Part shown: piece by piece, positions 29,218-39,118 of the stretch | How the letters are laid out: each line of letters begins with the position of its first letter | How positions within the stretch are numbered: position 1 is the first letter of the stretch | Source of the DNA: Candidatus Heimdallarchaeota archaeon | Lineage (GTDB): Archaea > Asgardarchaeota > Heimdallarchaeia > JABLTI01 | DNA: 64,000 bases | NCBI GenBank assembly: GCA_019058275.1 | Contig: JAHLVW010000062.1 | Coordinates: 64,001 to 128,000, forward strand | Reading direction: 5' to 3' | Made by a program: the position numbers and the translations under genes | The notes under the pieces: model-generated | What the model was told of the DNA's origin: nothing | Databases searched by the model: none | Seen by the model: the letters and a program-made list of their open reading frames with translations, nothing else

Positions 29218-29298
29218 ATATTTTGTTTCAACTAGAAATAATAGTTTTATGTTTGATGTGAAGAAAAGAAAAAATTACAAACTGAGTTTGTGTTTGCT

Positions 29299-30114
29299 TC
29301 ATATTGGTTTCGTTTTTAGATTGGTTATATCTCTAATAATTGTTACAACCTTTTTTGTTTCACCATTTGTTACTTGTACAGGAATAGCTTGAGATTGAAA
29401 CCAACGGACCATATTCTCAATTGGCAAATGGTATTCCATTGTAACAATAGTATTCTTTTCTATAGCTTCAATACAATGTGATAAAAAGAAATCAGCTTGA
29501 CCTTTGGGAAAAATTTCATCGAATTTTATACCAATAATTTCTGCTTTTGGTTTATATAGAAATCTATTATCTACATTTGGTGAAACAAATAGGATTCTTC
29601 CTTCTTCATTTACAATCATAATGAGTGCATCGAATGTATCAAAGAATTCTCGAAATGTCTCAACTTCTTTTTCAATGGTCTTATATTCAGAACTTTGAGT
29701 TGATTCACTATCTACCACTTTCAAAGATTCTTGAAAAATTCCTCTAATGAAAATCGTGTCACCATCAATATCTGCTTTAATACTTGAATTCACGAGCATT
29801 GGATTGCCATCTTTCCTTTTTAGAAGAAATTGCTGATTATTAACTACTAATGATCCATTTTTAGTTATACGTTCAAGAATTTGTATATTATCTACAGTCA
29901 TCTCAGGATTCATTAATAATTCAAAAATATTAAATTCTGAATCAAGTTTCTCTTTAGGTAAAATCATACCAAATAATTCTTTAGCTACATTATTTAGATA
30001 ATTAAATTTCCCCATTTTGGATGAATATGAATATTCTAATTCAAAAATTGCTACCGGAATATTTTCCAGCAAATGGCTAAGGTCATCGAAATTTATATTC
30101 AGTTCTTTTGTCAT
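29299..30114 (-). CDS. Tandem PAS-domain protein with no output domain
   Basis: LLENIPVAIF...YLNNVAKELFG...KRKDG, and a second PAS IMIVNEEGRILFVSP...IIRDIT. Confidence 0.8.
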   Translation of the reverse strand: MTKELNINFDDLSHLLENIPVAIFELEYSYSSKMGKFNYLNNVAKELFGMILPKEKLDSEFNIFELLMNPEMTVDNIQILERITKNGSLVVNNQQFLLKRKDGNPMLVNSSIKADIDGDTIFIRGIFQESLKVVDSESTQSSEYKTIEKEVETFREFFDTFDALIMIVNEEGRILFVSPNVDNRFLYKPKAEIIGIKFDEIFPKGQADFFLSHCIEAIEKNTIVTMEYHLPIENMVRWFQSQAIPVQVTNGETKKVVTIIRDITNLKTKPI

Positions 30115-30240
30115 TTAAACTCTCTTCACAGACTATCGTTTTATTTAAATTTATATGTCGTGGAAATTGAAAAATCTTTCTCAAAATAAAGAAAAAAAGA
30201 GAAAAATGGCTTGAATTATACCATTTTCTTAGCAATTGTT

Positions 30241-30543
30241 CTATTTTCGTATTTTACGTACTAGAATAGGAACAGCTAAAAAACCTAATGCAATGAAAGT
30301 GATAAACCATTCATATCCTGGTAGACCTGCTCCTGGACCTAAAACAAAATCCCCTAAATTGTAATTTTCTAATTCAATGTGATAATCTAATTCAAGAGAT
30401 ATATCCTGTCCAGTATGTGTACCATCAGCTAATGATTTTAGTTTCAAACTTTGCATAACACCTGAAGCTAGATTGTAAACAATTTTGAATTGATGTTCAA
30501 TGTCATAATTGAAAATGTATGTACTTGCTGTATAATCCATCAT
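30241..30543 (-). pseudogene. C-terminal fragment of a secreted Heimdall-type (choice-of-anchor S-like) protein
   Basis: Ends in PGYEW-TM-RKIRK sorting signal with no signal peptide. Complements the fragment at ~32328-32906. Confidence 0.65.
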
Positions 30544-30817
30544 TGAACAACTAAAGAAGGCACATGAAATACTCTCTCGTTAATCTATAGAAAATTGATT
30601 TGGGACTTTGCGATTTTGTTAGAGTTACAAAGTCACTATAAAGCTTGGCTAAGGGATAGCATAGTTACTACTCACTGAGCATACTCAATGAAAAGACTTT
30701 TTTACTGAAAAAAACCATTAATCAGCAATAGGTCTTAATATATAGATCTAACAATATACAGGGCTAACATCCAATGCAACAAGCAATTTTTGATTTAATG
30801 ATAATGGACGATGAAGC

Positions 30818-32251
30818 ATGATTAAGAAAATAGTTTTTCTTGAACCGAAAACTGAAAAAAAGCATATATATTCTAAATTTGATCTCCCAAGACTCGGCAA
30901 TATTATTTTAGCAACCATTATGAAGAACAAGAACTGTGATGTTAAAGCTTATTTCTTGGAGGAAAGTGAAATTTACAGTCGATTTGATGGTAATCTTATG
31001 GTTGATTTGATGGCAATCTCAACAATTACTGCAACTGCATTAGTTTCATTCCGACTTGCTGATTACTTTAGATCGAAAGGAATCAAGGTTGTTATTGGAG
31101 GACCACATGTCACATTCAACCCAAAAGAAGCTTTAGAACACGCAGACTTTTGCATTATGGGAGAAGGGGAAAAATCTTTACCTATGCTTGTTGATGCTTT
31201 AAATAATCAAACATCATTAAAAGAGGTCCCAGGTTTAGCATGGAAAGATGATCATAAGGAAATTATTATTAATGAAATAGCCAAACCGATAGATAATTTA
31301 GATTCTATTCCTTATCCAGACTTTACCCTCCTTGACTCAGGTGGTAAAGTCAAGAGCATCGGTAGTGGTGGAAGGAAAGATATAATACCTATTCAAACTT
31401 CGAGAGGATGTCCTTTTGGATGCACATTTTGCTCAGTAACGCCAATGTTCGGAAGGAGATTTAGATATCGAAGCGTCCAGAATGTAATTGGAGAGCTGAA
31501 AAAGTATAATCCAAAAAAACACTCCATATTTTTTTACGATGATAATTTCACTTCAAGTGTAAAGAGAGCCAAAGAACTCCTAAGAGAAATGATTAGATTA
31601 GGACTAAATTTTAGATGGTCCACTCAGGTTAGGACGGATGTTGTTAAGGATCCAGAGCTCTTAGACCTTATGGTAAAAGCGGGTTGTAGGCTTCTTTATA
31701 TTGGCTTTGAATCGATCGATCCAGAAGCACTAAAAGAAATGAAGAAGCACCAATCTGTTGAAGAAATTAAATGGGCTATCAAGGAAATAAGAAAGAGGAG
31801 GATTCATGTCCATGGAATGTTTGTTTTTGGCTTTGATGTCGATACTCTCCAAACATTGCGGGCTACCGTAGATTTTACTATCAAAGAAAAGATTGATACT
31901 GTACAATTTCTCATTTTGACTCCGTTTCCGGGTACAGAATTCTATTCTAGAATGGAGGATGAAAACCGACTCATAGATTATCAATGGGATGAGTATGAGG
32001 GACATCACGTGAAGTTCCTTCCAAAGAAAATGTCAGTGTGGGAACTTCAACAAGCACAGATTGAAGCACATAGGCGCTTCTATACCATTAAACAAGTGAT
32101 TTTAAGATTGTTGAGAGGTCGTATCCAGGCTTTTTTTATTGGTATTTATGCCAACCAGCTCAATAGGAAATGGGTAAAATGGGAAAGTACATACTTAAAA
32201 GGGCTTAAAAGCTTTAATGGAATCAAGAAAATCTTAGCAGTGATGATCTAG
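30818..32251 (+). CDS. B12-binding radical SAM protein
   Basis: VVIGGPHVT, GEGE, QTSRGCPFGCTFC (CxxxCxxC), FYDDNF, IGFES and LTPFPGT. Confidence 0.92.
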   Translation: MIKKIVFLEPKTEKKHIYSKFDLPRLGNIILATIMKNKNCDVKAYFLEESEIYSRFDGNLMVDLMAISTITATALVSFRLADYFRSKGIKVVIGGPHVTFNPKEALEHADFCIMGEGEKSLPMLVDALNNQTSLKEVPGLAWKDDHKEIIINEIAKPIDNLDSIPYPDFTLLDSGGKVKSIGSGGRKDIIPIQTSRGCPFGCTFCSVTPMFGRRFRYRSVQNVIGELKKYNPKKHSIFFYDDNFTSSVKRAKELLREMIRLGLNFRWSTQVRTDVVKDPELLDLMVKAGCRLLYIGFESIDPEALKEMKKHQSVEEIKWAIKEIRKRRIHVHGMFVFGFDVDTLQTLRATVDFTIKEKIDTVQFLILTPFPGTEFYSRMEDENRLIDYQWDEYEGHHVKFLPKKMSVWELQQAQIEAHRRFYTIKQVILRLLRGRIQAFFIGIYANQLNRKWVKWESTYLKGLKSFNGIKKILAVMI

Positions 32252-32327
32252 AGAAACAAAAGTAAAGCTGACAATAAAAACAATAGCTTGAAAATAGAAA
32301 CCAATTAGCAAGTGTTATCTCATAGTA

Positions 32328-32906
32328 TTCTATGTACCAGTCAAAAATCATGTTTCCGCCACTTTCAGCATAATTTCCTTCCATTGTTAAATCTTGGAAA
32401 CCTGTCTCAGTTTGTATTTCACTAATAGCAGATTCATCAGCAAGATTTTCAAAACCTTCAAAATAGTCAGTATCCCAGAAAGGTAGAATAATCAAACCAG
32501 TACCTTCTTCCACTGTATCTTCTATCAAGTTCCAAGCTATATTACCATAACCCTCAAATAATATTATAGGCTGGAGCATCTGAATTGCTAAACCAAAAGC
32601 ATCACCAAAAAGACTTGATTGGTAAGTTTCTGTATATAATCCAGATGTGATATTCCAGTCTACATTATTTGCTTCATCAACAGCTGTTATTTCAACTACC
32701 ACCTGTGTACCTGAAGAAAAAGAATGACCATCTAAAATGTACCCATCACCAGAGGCACTATTTGAATCAATTGTAACATCAATACTGGCAGTAATTATGT
32801 CATATGTATATGTCATACCTGAAGAAATTTGATAATCAGCTCTAACCATTATTGGTGTAAAAATCACAAAAATTATAATTAGACATAAAAAGAATTTCTT
32901 CAACAA
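32328..32906 (-). pseudogene. N-terminal fragment of the same secreted protein
   Basis: GGAGAG RBS before TTG, signal peptide KKFFLCLIIIFVIFTPIMVRA, then DYQISSGMTYTYDI...MIFDWYIE, after which the frame runs into low-complexity sequence antisense to the radical SAM 3' end. The junction is approximate. Confidence 0.65.
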
Positions 32907-33075
32907 ATTTACTCTCCAAATAATTATAATATACAATATCTTATACAAAGAAAAAAGTAGTTGCGACAATATTAGCATTTCATCAATTACTTAGCTATTT
33001 CATCTTAACTTGGACAAATTTTAATAAACATAATTGTAATACAAAAAAGAATATAATAAAACGAGTGGAAGAATA

Positions 33076-35199
33076 ATGGCTGTTGTGGTACCATTAACTC
33101 TAATTATAGCTTTAGTGATTGGTGTACTTTCAATAATAGTAGCTATAATTTTCAGTATATTAATATTAAGAGAAGATCCTGGGAACGAAAAAATGGTCGA
33201 AATTTCAGGATACATCGAAGATGGAGCCAAAAAATTTCTTTGGGTTCAATATCGAATATTGTCAATATTTGTACTAGTTTTATTCGTGGTTATCTTACTA
33301 TTTTTACCATCCGATTTAACATCAAATAATGTTCCAGTTATCAGTGGCGATATGAACTGGGAGCAAGCTATAGCTTACATTGTTGGATCCGTTGCTTCAA
33401 TGTTTGCAGGATGGTTAGGAATGATCATTGGTGTGAAAGCAAACACTCGTGCAGCTCAAGGTTGCACAAAAAGCATAGACAAAGGGTTTGATGTTGCTTT
33501 CTTTGGTGGATCTGTAATGGGCCTTGCTGTTGTAGGTTCAGCACTTATTGGAATATCAGTAATCTATTGGATATTTCAAACCCCAGCAGTTGTTTTGGGT
33601 TTCAGTTTTGGTGCCAGTACCATTGCATTATTTATGAAATGTGGTGGAGGAATTTACACAAAAACAGCAGATGTAGGTGCAGATTTGGTAGGAAAAGCAG
33701 AATATCAGTTGCCTGAAGATGATATTCGAAATCCTGCAACAATAGCTGATAATGTTGGTGATAACGTAGGTGACATTGCAGGAATGGGAAGTGATCTTTT
33801 TGATTCATATGTTGCATCAATACTGGCTGCAATGATTTTGGCTAATCTTCTAATGTCAGGTGCAAGTGACGCTGTAAGGGGCACTTTTATTATATTTCCT
33901 ATTATTTTATCCTCAGTAGGATTGATTGCTTCTCTAATCGGTATATTGTTGATAAAAGCATTGAAAACAAAAGATCCTGGAAAATTACTTAATTTTGGAA
34001 CTTACATTGCAACTTTTATCTTTGCTGCACTAGGTGCACTATTTGTTTGGATTATGATATTAACAACAGACGGAATTACCGATGCACAGATCGTAAGGAT
34101 GTGGAAGGATTATGCATGTGTGGTCATTGGTCTTCTGAGTGGTGTACTCATAGGGTGGACAAGTGATATCTTTACTAGAGATGATAAAGCTCCTACAAGA
34201 AATATTGCTCGGTCAGCTCAAGAAGGTGATGCAGTAGTTATTCTCTCAGGATTTGCTTATGGTATGTTGAGTGTTGTTCCACCAGCACTTGGAATAGCTG
34301 TAGCTATGTCTCTTTCTTATTTCCTTGATGGTGTGTTTGGTGTTGCTATGGCTGCTGTTGGTATGTTAGCAATCGTAGGAACTGTTGTTTCAAATGACGC
34401 TTATGGACCTATAGTTGATAATTCAAGAGCAATAGCTGAACAAGGAGGTCTAGGAGAAGAAGTTATTCGAATAGCTGATAAATTGGATTCTGCAGGAAAC
34501 ACTGCAAAAGCTATAACAAAAGGTTTCGCAATTGGTGCTGCAAATTTGGCAGTTTTTGCTTTACTGTTTTCTTATGCTGAAGATGTTGGTGTAGATTTTA
34601 CTATGGATCTATTGAATATGAACATCTTAATTGGAGCATTTCTGGGTGTAGTAGCTCCTGTACTATTCTCTGCATTGTTAATTTTAGCAGTTCAACGAAA
34701 TGCTGCAAAAATGGTTGATGAAATCAGAGATCAATTTGAAAATAATCTCAAAATACTGGAGGGTAAAGAACCTCCTAATTTCCATAGTACTATTGAAATT
34801 GCAACAAAAGGAGCTCTAAGAGAATTAATTCTTCCAAGCATAATATCAATCTCATTCCCAATTTTGGTTGGTGCTATTTTTGGTGTCGCTGCGTTGGGAG
34901 CCTTTTTAGTAGGAGCGATTCTCTCAGGTTTTGTTTTTGCAATATTTATGTCTAATGCAGGAGGAGCATGGGATAATGCTAAGAAATGGATAGAAGATGG
35001 TAATCTGGGAGGAAAAGGCACTGCTACTCATAAAGCATCGATCACTGGTGATACAGTTGGTGATCCATTTAAGGATACTGCTGGTCCAAGCATTAATACT
35101 CTACTAGTTGTTATGGTTCTTACTGCAACCATCTTTTTGGGCTTGCTTCTACTGATTAATGGTGGAGCAGGTTGGCTGGGTCAATTTCTAACTCCATAA
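33076..35199 (+). CDS. hppA: Membrane-bound ion-translocating pyrophosphatase
   Basis: GGGIYTKTADVGADLVGK.E, DNVGDNVGD, DAYGPIVDN, GGAWDNAKK and GDTVGDPFKDT. GNTAKA carries the Lys typical of K+-independent enzymes. Confidence 0.95.
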   Translation: MAVVVPLTLIIALVIGVLSIIVAIIFSILILREDPGNEKMVEISGYIEDGAKKFLWVQYRILSIFVLVLFVVILLFLPSDLTSNNVPVISGDMNWEQAIAYIVGSVASMFAGWLGMIIGVKANTRAAQGCTKSIDKGFDVAFFGGSVMGLAVVGSALIGISVIYWIFQTPAVVLGFSFGASTIALFMKCGGGIYTKTADVGADLVGKAEYQLPEDDIRNPATIADNVGDNVGDIAGMGSDLFDSYVASILAAMILANLLMSGASDAVRGTFIIFPIILSSVGLIASLIGILLIKALKTKDPGKLLNFGTYIATFIFAALGALFVWIMILTTDGITDAQIVRMWKDYACVVIGLLSGVLIGWTSDIFTRDDKAPTRNIARSAQEGDAVVILSGFAYGMLSVVPPALGIAVAMSLSYFLDGVFGVAMAAVGMLAIVGTVVSNDAYGPIVDNSRAIAEQGGLGEEVIRIADKLDSAGNTAKAITKGFAIGAANLAVFALLFSYAEDVGVDFTMDLLNMNILIGAFLGVVAPVLFSALLILAVQRNAAKMVDEIRDQFENNLKILEGKEPPNFHSTIEIATKGALRELILPSIISISFPILVGAIFGVAALGAFLVGAILSGFVFAIFMSNAGGAWDNAKKWIEDGNLGGKGTATHKASITGDTVGDPFKDTAGPSINTLLVVMVLTATIFLGLLLLINGGAGWLGQFLTP

Positions 35200-35545
35200 T
35201 ATTATGGAAAGCTCAACCAAAATTTTTCTTTTTTTTAGCTTCTTCTTTTTTTGGATATATCATTTAATTAAGGCATAAAAGAATCAAAAGGGATCATGTA
35301 AACTTAAATGGAGAGAAATAATAAGAAAAAGGATTTTATTGATTTCTTCTTTACAAAAATTTTTTATAAAAACTTCTGATATATTGAGTAGAAGGATATT
35401 TGTTGCTAAAATTACATTGATTTAAACTAGGAATATAGTTTTACCTTGGAGGGGTATCTTTCAAAATTAAATTCTGCTTTAAATGTTAGCTTAAATCGTA
35501 AGTTAATCAGTAAACACTACATTAAATCTAGGAGATAGATATTTA

Positions 35546-36565
35546 ATGAGAGTTGGTATACCCAGAGCATTGATGTATTATAAATTCGCAGACATGTGGG
35601 TAACATTTTTTCAAGAATTAGGTGCAGAAGTTATTATTTCTCCCAAAACAACAAAGAAGATAAAACAAGAGGCTGTAAATATAGCACCTAATGAGGATTG
35701 CTATTCTACAAAACTGTATTATGGTCATGTAATGGCCATTAAAGATCAAGTTGATTATCTTTTCATACCTAGATATGGTGCAAGCGATAAAAGGTATGTT
35801 GGTTGTCCGAAATTTATTGGCTTGGCTGAAGTTTTAAGATCTATGTTTCCTAACTTGCCACCAATAATTATGCCACATTATAATACTGCTAAAGGTAGAG
35901 ATGGAAAATTAAGCTTCTTCTTCAAAGCTATGAAAATAGGATCAATGTTTACAAAAAATCCCTTTAAGAAAATCAGAGCTCTTCGTTTAGCTTTGAAAAA
36001 ACACAATCAACACAAAAAGGATTTGGTAATTGATGAAAAGACCCTTTACAAATGGGAGCAATCAGAATTATTCTTGAATGATCCACCAAATTCTAATCAT
36101 GGTAAGAGACAGTTAAAAATAGCATTAGTTGGTCATTCTTATGTGTTAAATGATCCTTATGCATCGTTAGATATTCGTACAATATTAAAAGAACAAGAAG
36201 TGGACATAATTACCTCTGAACAAATGCCTAGAGAATTAATTGAAAAACAAATGGACAAACAGAATTTCCAACTATATTTTTACTATGAAAGAGAAATTTT
36301 AGGAACAATAATGCATTTCCTAGAGAGCAAGACTGTTGATGGAATAATCCATATTATGGTTTTTAGCTGTGGACCAGATTCCATAGCTGGAGAAATGGCT
36401 GCAAGATTTTCAAATAGAAATCCTGCGGTTCCTTTACTTCAATTAGTTTTTGATGAATTAACAGCAGAAACTGGATTGAAAACAAGGATTGAAGCATTCA
36501 TAGACATGCTGAGAAGAAGTATAGATGCGCAGATAACATTCCAAACTACAAAAGTGCATGTCTAA
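35546..36565 (+). CDS. Acyl-CoA dehydratase activase-related protein (DUF2229)
   Basis: MRVGIPRALMYY, C..TKLYYGHV, GCPKFIGL, FSCGPDS and DE.T.ETGLKTRIEAF. Confidence 0.85.
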   Translation: MRVGIPRALMYYKFADMWVTFFQELGAEVIISPKTTKKIKQEAVNIAPNEDCYSTKLYYGHVMAIKDQVDYLFIPRYGASDKRYVGCPKFIGLAEVLRSMFPNLPPIIMPHYNTAKGRDGKLSFFFKAMKIGSMFTKNPFKKIRALRLALKKHNQHKKDLVIDEKTLYKWEQSELFLNDPPNSNHGKRQLKIALVGHSYVLNDPYASLDIRTILKEQEVDIITSEQMPRELIEKQMDKQNFQLYFYYEREILGTIMHFLESKTVDGIIHIMVFSCGPDSIAGEMAARFSNRNPAVPLLQLVFDELTAETGLKTRIEAFIDMLRRSIDAQITFQTTKVHV

Positions 36566-36622
36566 ATGGAGGAAAATATTTAATCAAATAAAAACAAGAG
36601 AAATACCCAAGGGAGCATCACT

Positions 36623-37720
36623 ATGTCAATTTCATTTCCACATGTCGGAAGTTTTACTTATGTAATGGAATCTATAGTTCGAGAGATGGGTAGAACGGAT
36701 GTAGTAGTTCCAAACAAACCTACAAACAAAACTAAGCAGCTTGGTTCTCGTCATTCACCTGAATGGATCTGTACTCCATTCAAAATGCTTTTTGGATCCT
36801 TCATTGAGGTATTAGAACGCGGTGCATATGAATTAGTAGGAACCTTGTTTATTGATTATTGTAGATTGGGTTACTATACACCTATTTATGAACTAATCTT
36901 AGAGGATTTGGGTTATGATTTTGAATTTCTATACTTGAATTTTGATAACCCTATTGGTTTCATACAAGAGATGAAAAGGCGTACAGAGGGACTAACATAT
37001 CTACAAACATTTAGAGCATTCCAAATTGGGTGGATAAAAAATCGATACATAGACATCGCAGATAAATGTCTTTACAGCTATCAAGCTGTTGAACTAGAAA
37101 AGGGTGTATCACAAAGAGTTGCTGAAAAAGCTTATAGATTAATTGTGGAAACCAGGGGAATGAGAAACATCAGAAAATTGAGAAAGATTATTCCAAAGAT
37201 GTTTGAAGATGAAGTAGAAATCGATAAGAAAGCTGATCCACTGAAAGTAGTAGTTCTTGGAGAATTATACGCAGTAGTAGAACCATCAATCAATCTAGAT
37301 GTTATGACTAAATTAAATGAACTTGGAGTGATTTCTCATACTCCTATCACATTTTGCAGATGGATAGATATCGGATCAAGAGCAAATCCATTCAAAAGAC
37401 CTAGTTTTAAGACTGCAGTTAAAAAAGCAAAACCTTATGTAGAATATAGACTTGGTGGAAAAACGCAGGAATCTATAGGTTATTCAATCATGTATAAGGA
37501 AAAAGGTTGGGATGGTGTTATTCATCTTTATCCCTTTACATGTATGCCTGAAATCATTTCTCGAAGTATAATACCTCAAATTAGTCGTGAATATGAAATA
37601 CCAATTCTCTCACTAGTATTAGATGAGCATACTGGTGAAACGGGATTAAAAACTAGATTAGAAGCGTTTATTGATTTAATAGAACGCAAAAGGAAAGTCA
37701 ATGGTGATAACATAAAATGA
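36623..37720 (+). CDS. 2-hydroxyacyl-CoA dehydratase-like subunit
   Basis: SPEWICTPFK, CRLGYY, GELY, PFTCMPE and DEHTGETGLKTRLEAF. Confidence 0.8.
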   Translation: MSISFPHVGSFTYVMESIVREMGRTDVVVPNKPTNKTKQLGSRHSPEWICTPFKMLFGSFIEVLERGAYELVGTLFIDYCRLGYYTPIYELILEDLGYDFEFLYLNFDNPIGFIQEMKRRTEGLTYLQTFRAFQIGWIKNRYIDIADKCLYSYQAVELEKGVSQRVAEKAYRLIVETRGMRNIRKLRKIIPKMFEDEVEIDKKADPLKVVVLGELYAVVEPSINLDVMTKLNELGVISHTPITFCRWIDIGSRANPFKRPSFKTAVKKAKPYVEYRLGGKTQESIGYSIMYKEKGWDGVIHLYPFTCMPEIISRSIIPQISREYEIPILSLVLDEHTGETGLKTRLEAFIDLIERKRKVNGDNIK

Positions 37721-37742
37721 AATTTATGTAAGGTGTTAGAAA

Positions 37743-38717
37743 ATGAAAAATAAAGTAGACAAGTATTTTCTGGGAGTTGATGTTGGCTCAATTAGCACAA
37801 ATCTAGCTGTGATAAATAATTCAAAAGAACTAATCGAATCAGTTTATATTAGAACAGAGGGCAAACCAGTCAATTCTATTCAAAAAGGCATTAAATTGAT
37901 GAAGGAAAAAATCGATAATGGGATAGAAATATCAGGTGCTGGATCAACTGGTAGTGCGAGACAATTAACCGGAGTGATAATTAGTGCTGATATTGTCAAG
38001 AATGAAATAACTGCTCACGCTTTAGCTTCTTTGCATTATAATCCAGAAATACAAACTGTAATTGAAATCGGAGGGCAAGATAGCAAAATAATAATCATAA
38101 GAAATGGTGTTGCTGTGGATTTCGCGATGAATACAGTCTGTGCAGCAGGAACTGGTTCATTTTTAGATATGCAAGCCTCACGACTGGATATACCAATTGA
38201 ACAATTTGGTTGTTTGGCATGTAAATCAAATAATGCTGTTTCTATTGCTGGACGTTGTACAGTTTTTGCAGAAAGTGACATGATACACAAACAACAATTG
38301 GGTCATTCAACTGAAGATATAATTAAAGGTTTGTGTGAAGCATTAGCTCGAAATTATCTTAACAATGTTGGTAAAGGAAAGGATATTTTACCACCTATTA
38401 TGTTCCAAGGTGGAGTGGCTGCGAACGAAGGAATGAAGGAAGCATTTGAAAAATATCTTGGGCATAAGGTAATAATTCCAGAATATTATGACGTTATGGG
38501 TGCTATTGGTGCAGCAATTTTGGCTCAAGAAGAGATTATTAAACGTCCAAGAAAAACAAAATTTGTTGGATGGAATTTACCAGATTTGGATTTTAAAACA
38601 GTTGGTTTTGAGTGTAGTGACTGTTCTAATGCTTGCGAAATTGTTGAAATAATGAAGAATGGTGATGTTATAGCAAGATGGGGTAGCAGATGTGGTAAAA
38701 GAAACATGATTGATTAG
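37743..38717 (+). CDS. Acyl-CoA dehydratase activase (BadF/BadG/HgdC-type ASKHA ATPase)
   Basis: GVDVGSIST, EIGGQDSK, MNTVCAAGTGSF, RCTVFAES, FQGGVAAN and a C-terminal Cys cluster. Confidence 0.92.
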   Translation: MKNKVDKYFLGVDVGSISTNLAVINNSKELIESVYIRTEGKPVNSIQKGIKLMKEKIDNGIEISGAGSTGSARQLTGVIISADIVKNEITAHALASLHYNPEIQTVIEIGGQDSKIIIIRNGVAVDFAMNTVCAAGTGSFLDMQASRLDIPIEQFGCLACKSNNAVSIAGRCTVFAESDMIHKQQLGHSTEDIIKGLCEALARNYLNNVGKGKDILPPIMFQGGVAANEGMKEAFEKYLGHKVIIPEYYDVMGAIGAAILAQEEIIKRPRKTKFVGWNLPDLDFKTVGFECSDCSNACEIVEIMKNGDVIARWGSRCGKRNMID

Positions 38718-38790
38718 TTTCGAATGCTAAAAATACTTAATGTGTACTGGAAGAAATTCAAATAAATACCAGTACCTGTAAAAAGAACTG

Positions 38791-39048
38791 GTGTTATTTA
38801 TTATTTTAATTCGTCAACTTAGTACAATAAAAAGTGAACCAGTAACTAATTATGGTTCAACAAAAACAAATATTCAATGGCTTATTAGCAAAGAACAAGG
38901 AGCTCCAAGATTTGCTATGAGACTTTTCACTTTAAAACCTGGGGCAAATATAGGCATTCATAGTCATCCAGAAGAACATGAAATCTATATCGTACAAGGT
39001 GAATGTGCTCTTATCTCTGAGGATGGAACAAGAATATATTATTTTTAA
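38791..39048 (+). pseudogene. Cupin domain gene, 5' part, truncated at the island junction
   Basis: GAPRFAMRLF.LKPGA.IGIHSHPEEHEIYIVQG is cupin motif 1. Motif 2 is absent here and found at 45198-45386. Confidence 0.8.
38964..39034 (+). repeat. Left copy of a 71-bp imperfect direct repeat (attL-like)
   Basis: 57/71 identical to 45197-45267 by manual alignment. The first 16 bp (TCATCCAGAAGAACAT) are identical. Confidence 0.85.
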
Positions 39049-39118
39049 GCTATATTTATCTTAAGGGAAGAATAATAAAGTATTCTTCTTTTTTTTAAAA
39101 TGAATGGTGATTTAATAG

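Noticed and set aside
30818-32251. Assigning the radical SAM protein to tetraether lipid modification (Grs/Gms/Gmm)
   Set aside because: Only generic class B radical SAM motifs are visible, and the subfamily cannot be determined without a phylogeny.
38835-38859. TGAACCA-N11-TGGTTCA resembling the operator half-sites at 21878
   Set aside because: It lies inside the cupin coding sequence with inverted arrangement and different spacing, so it is likely chance.
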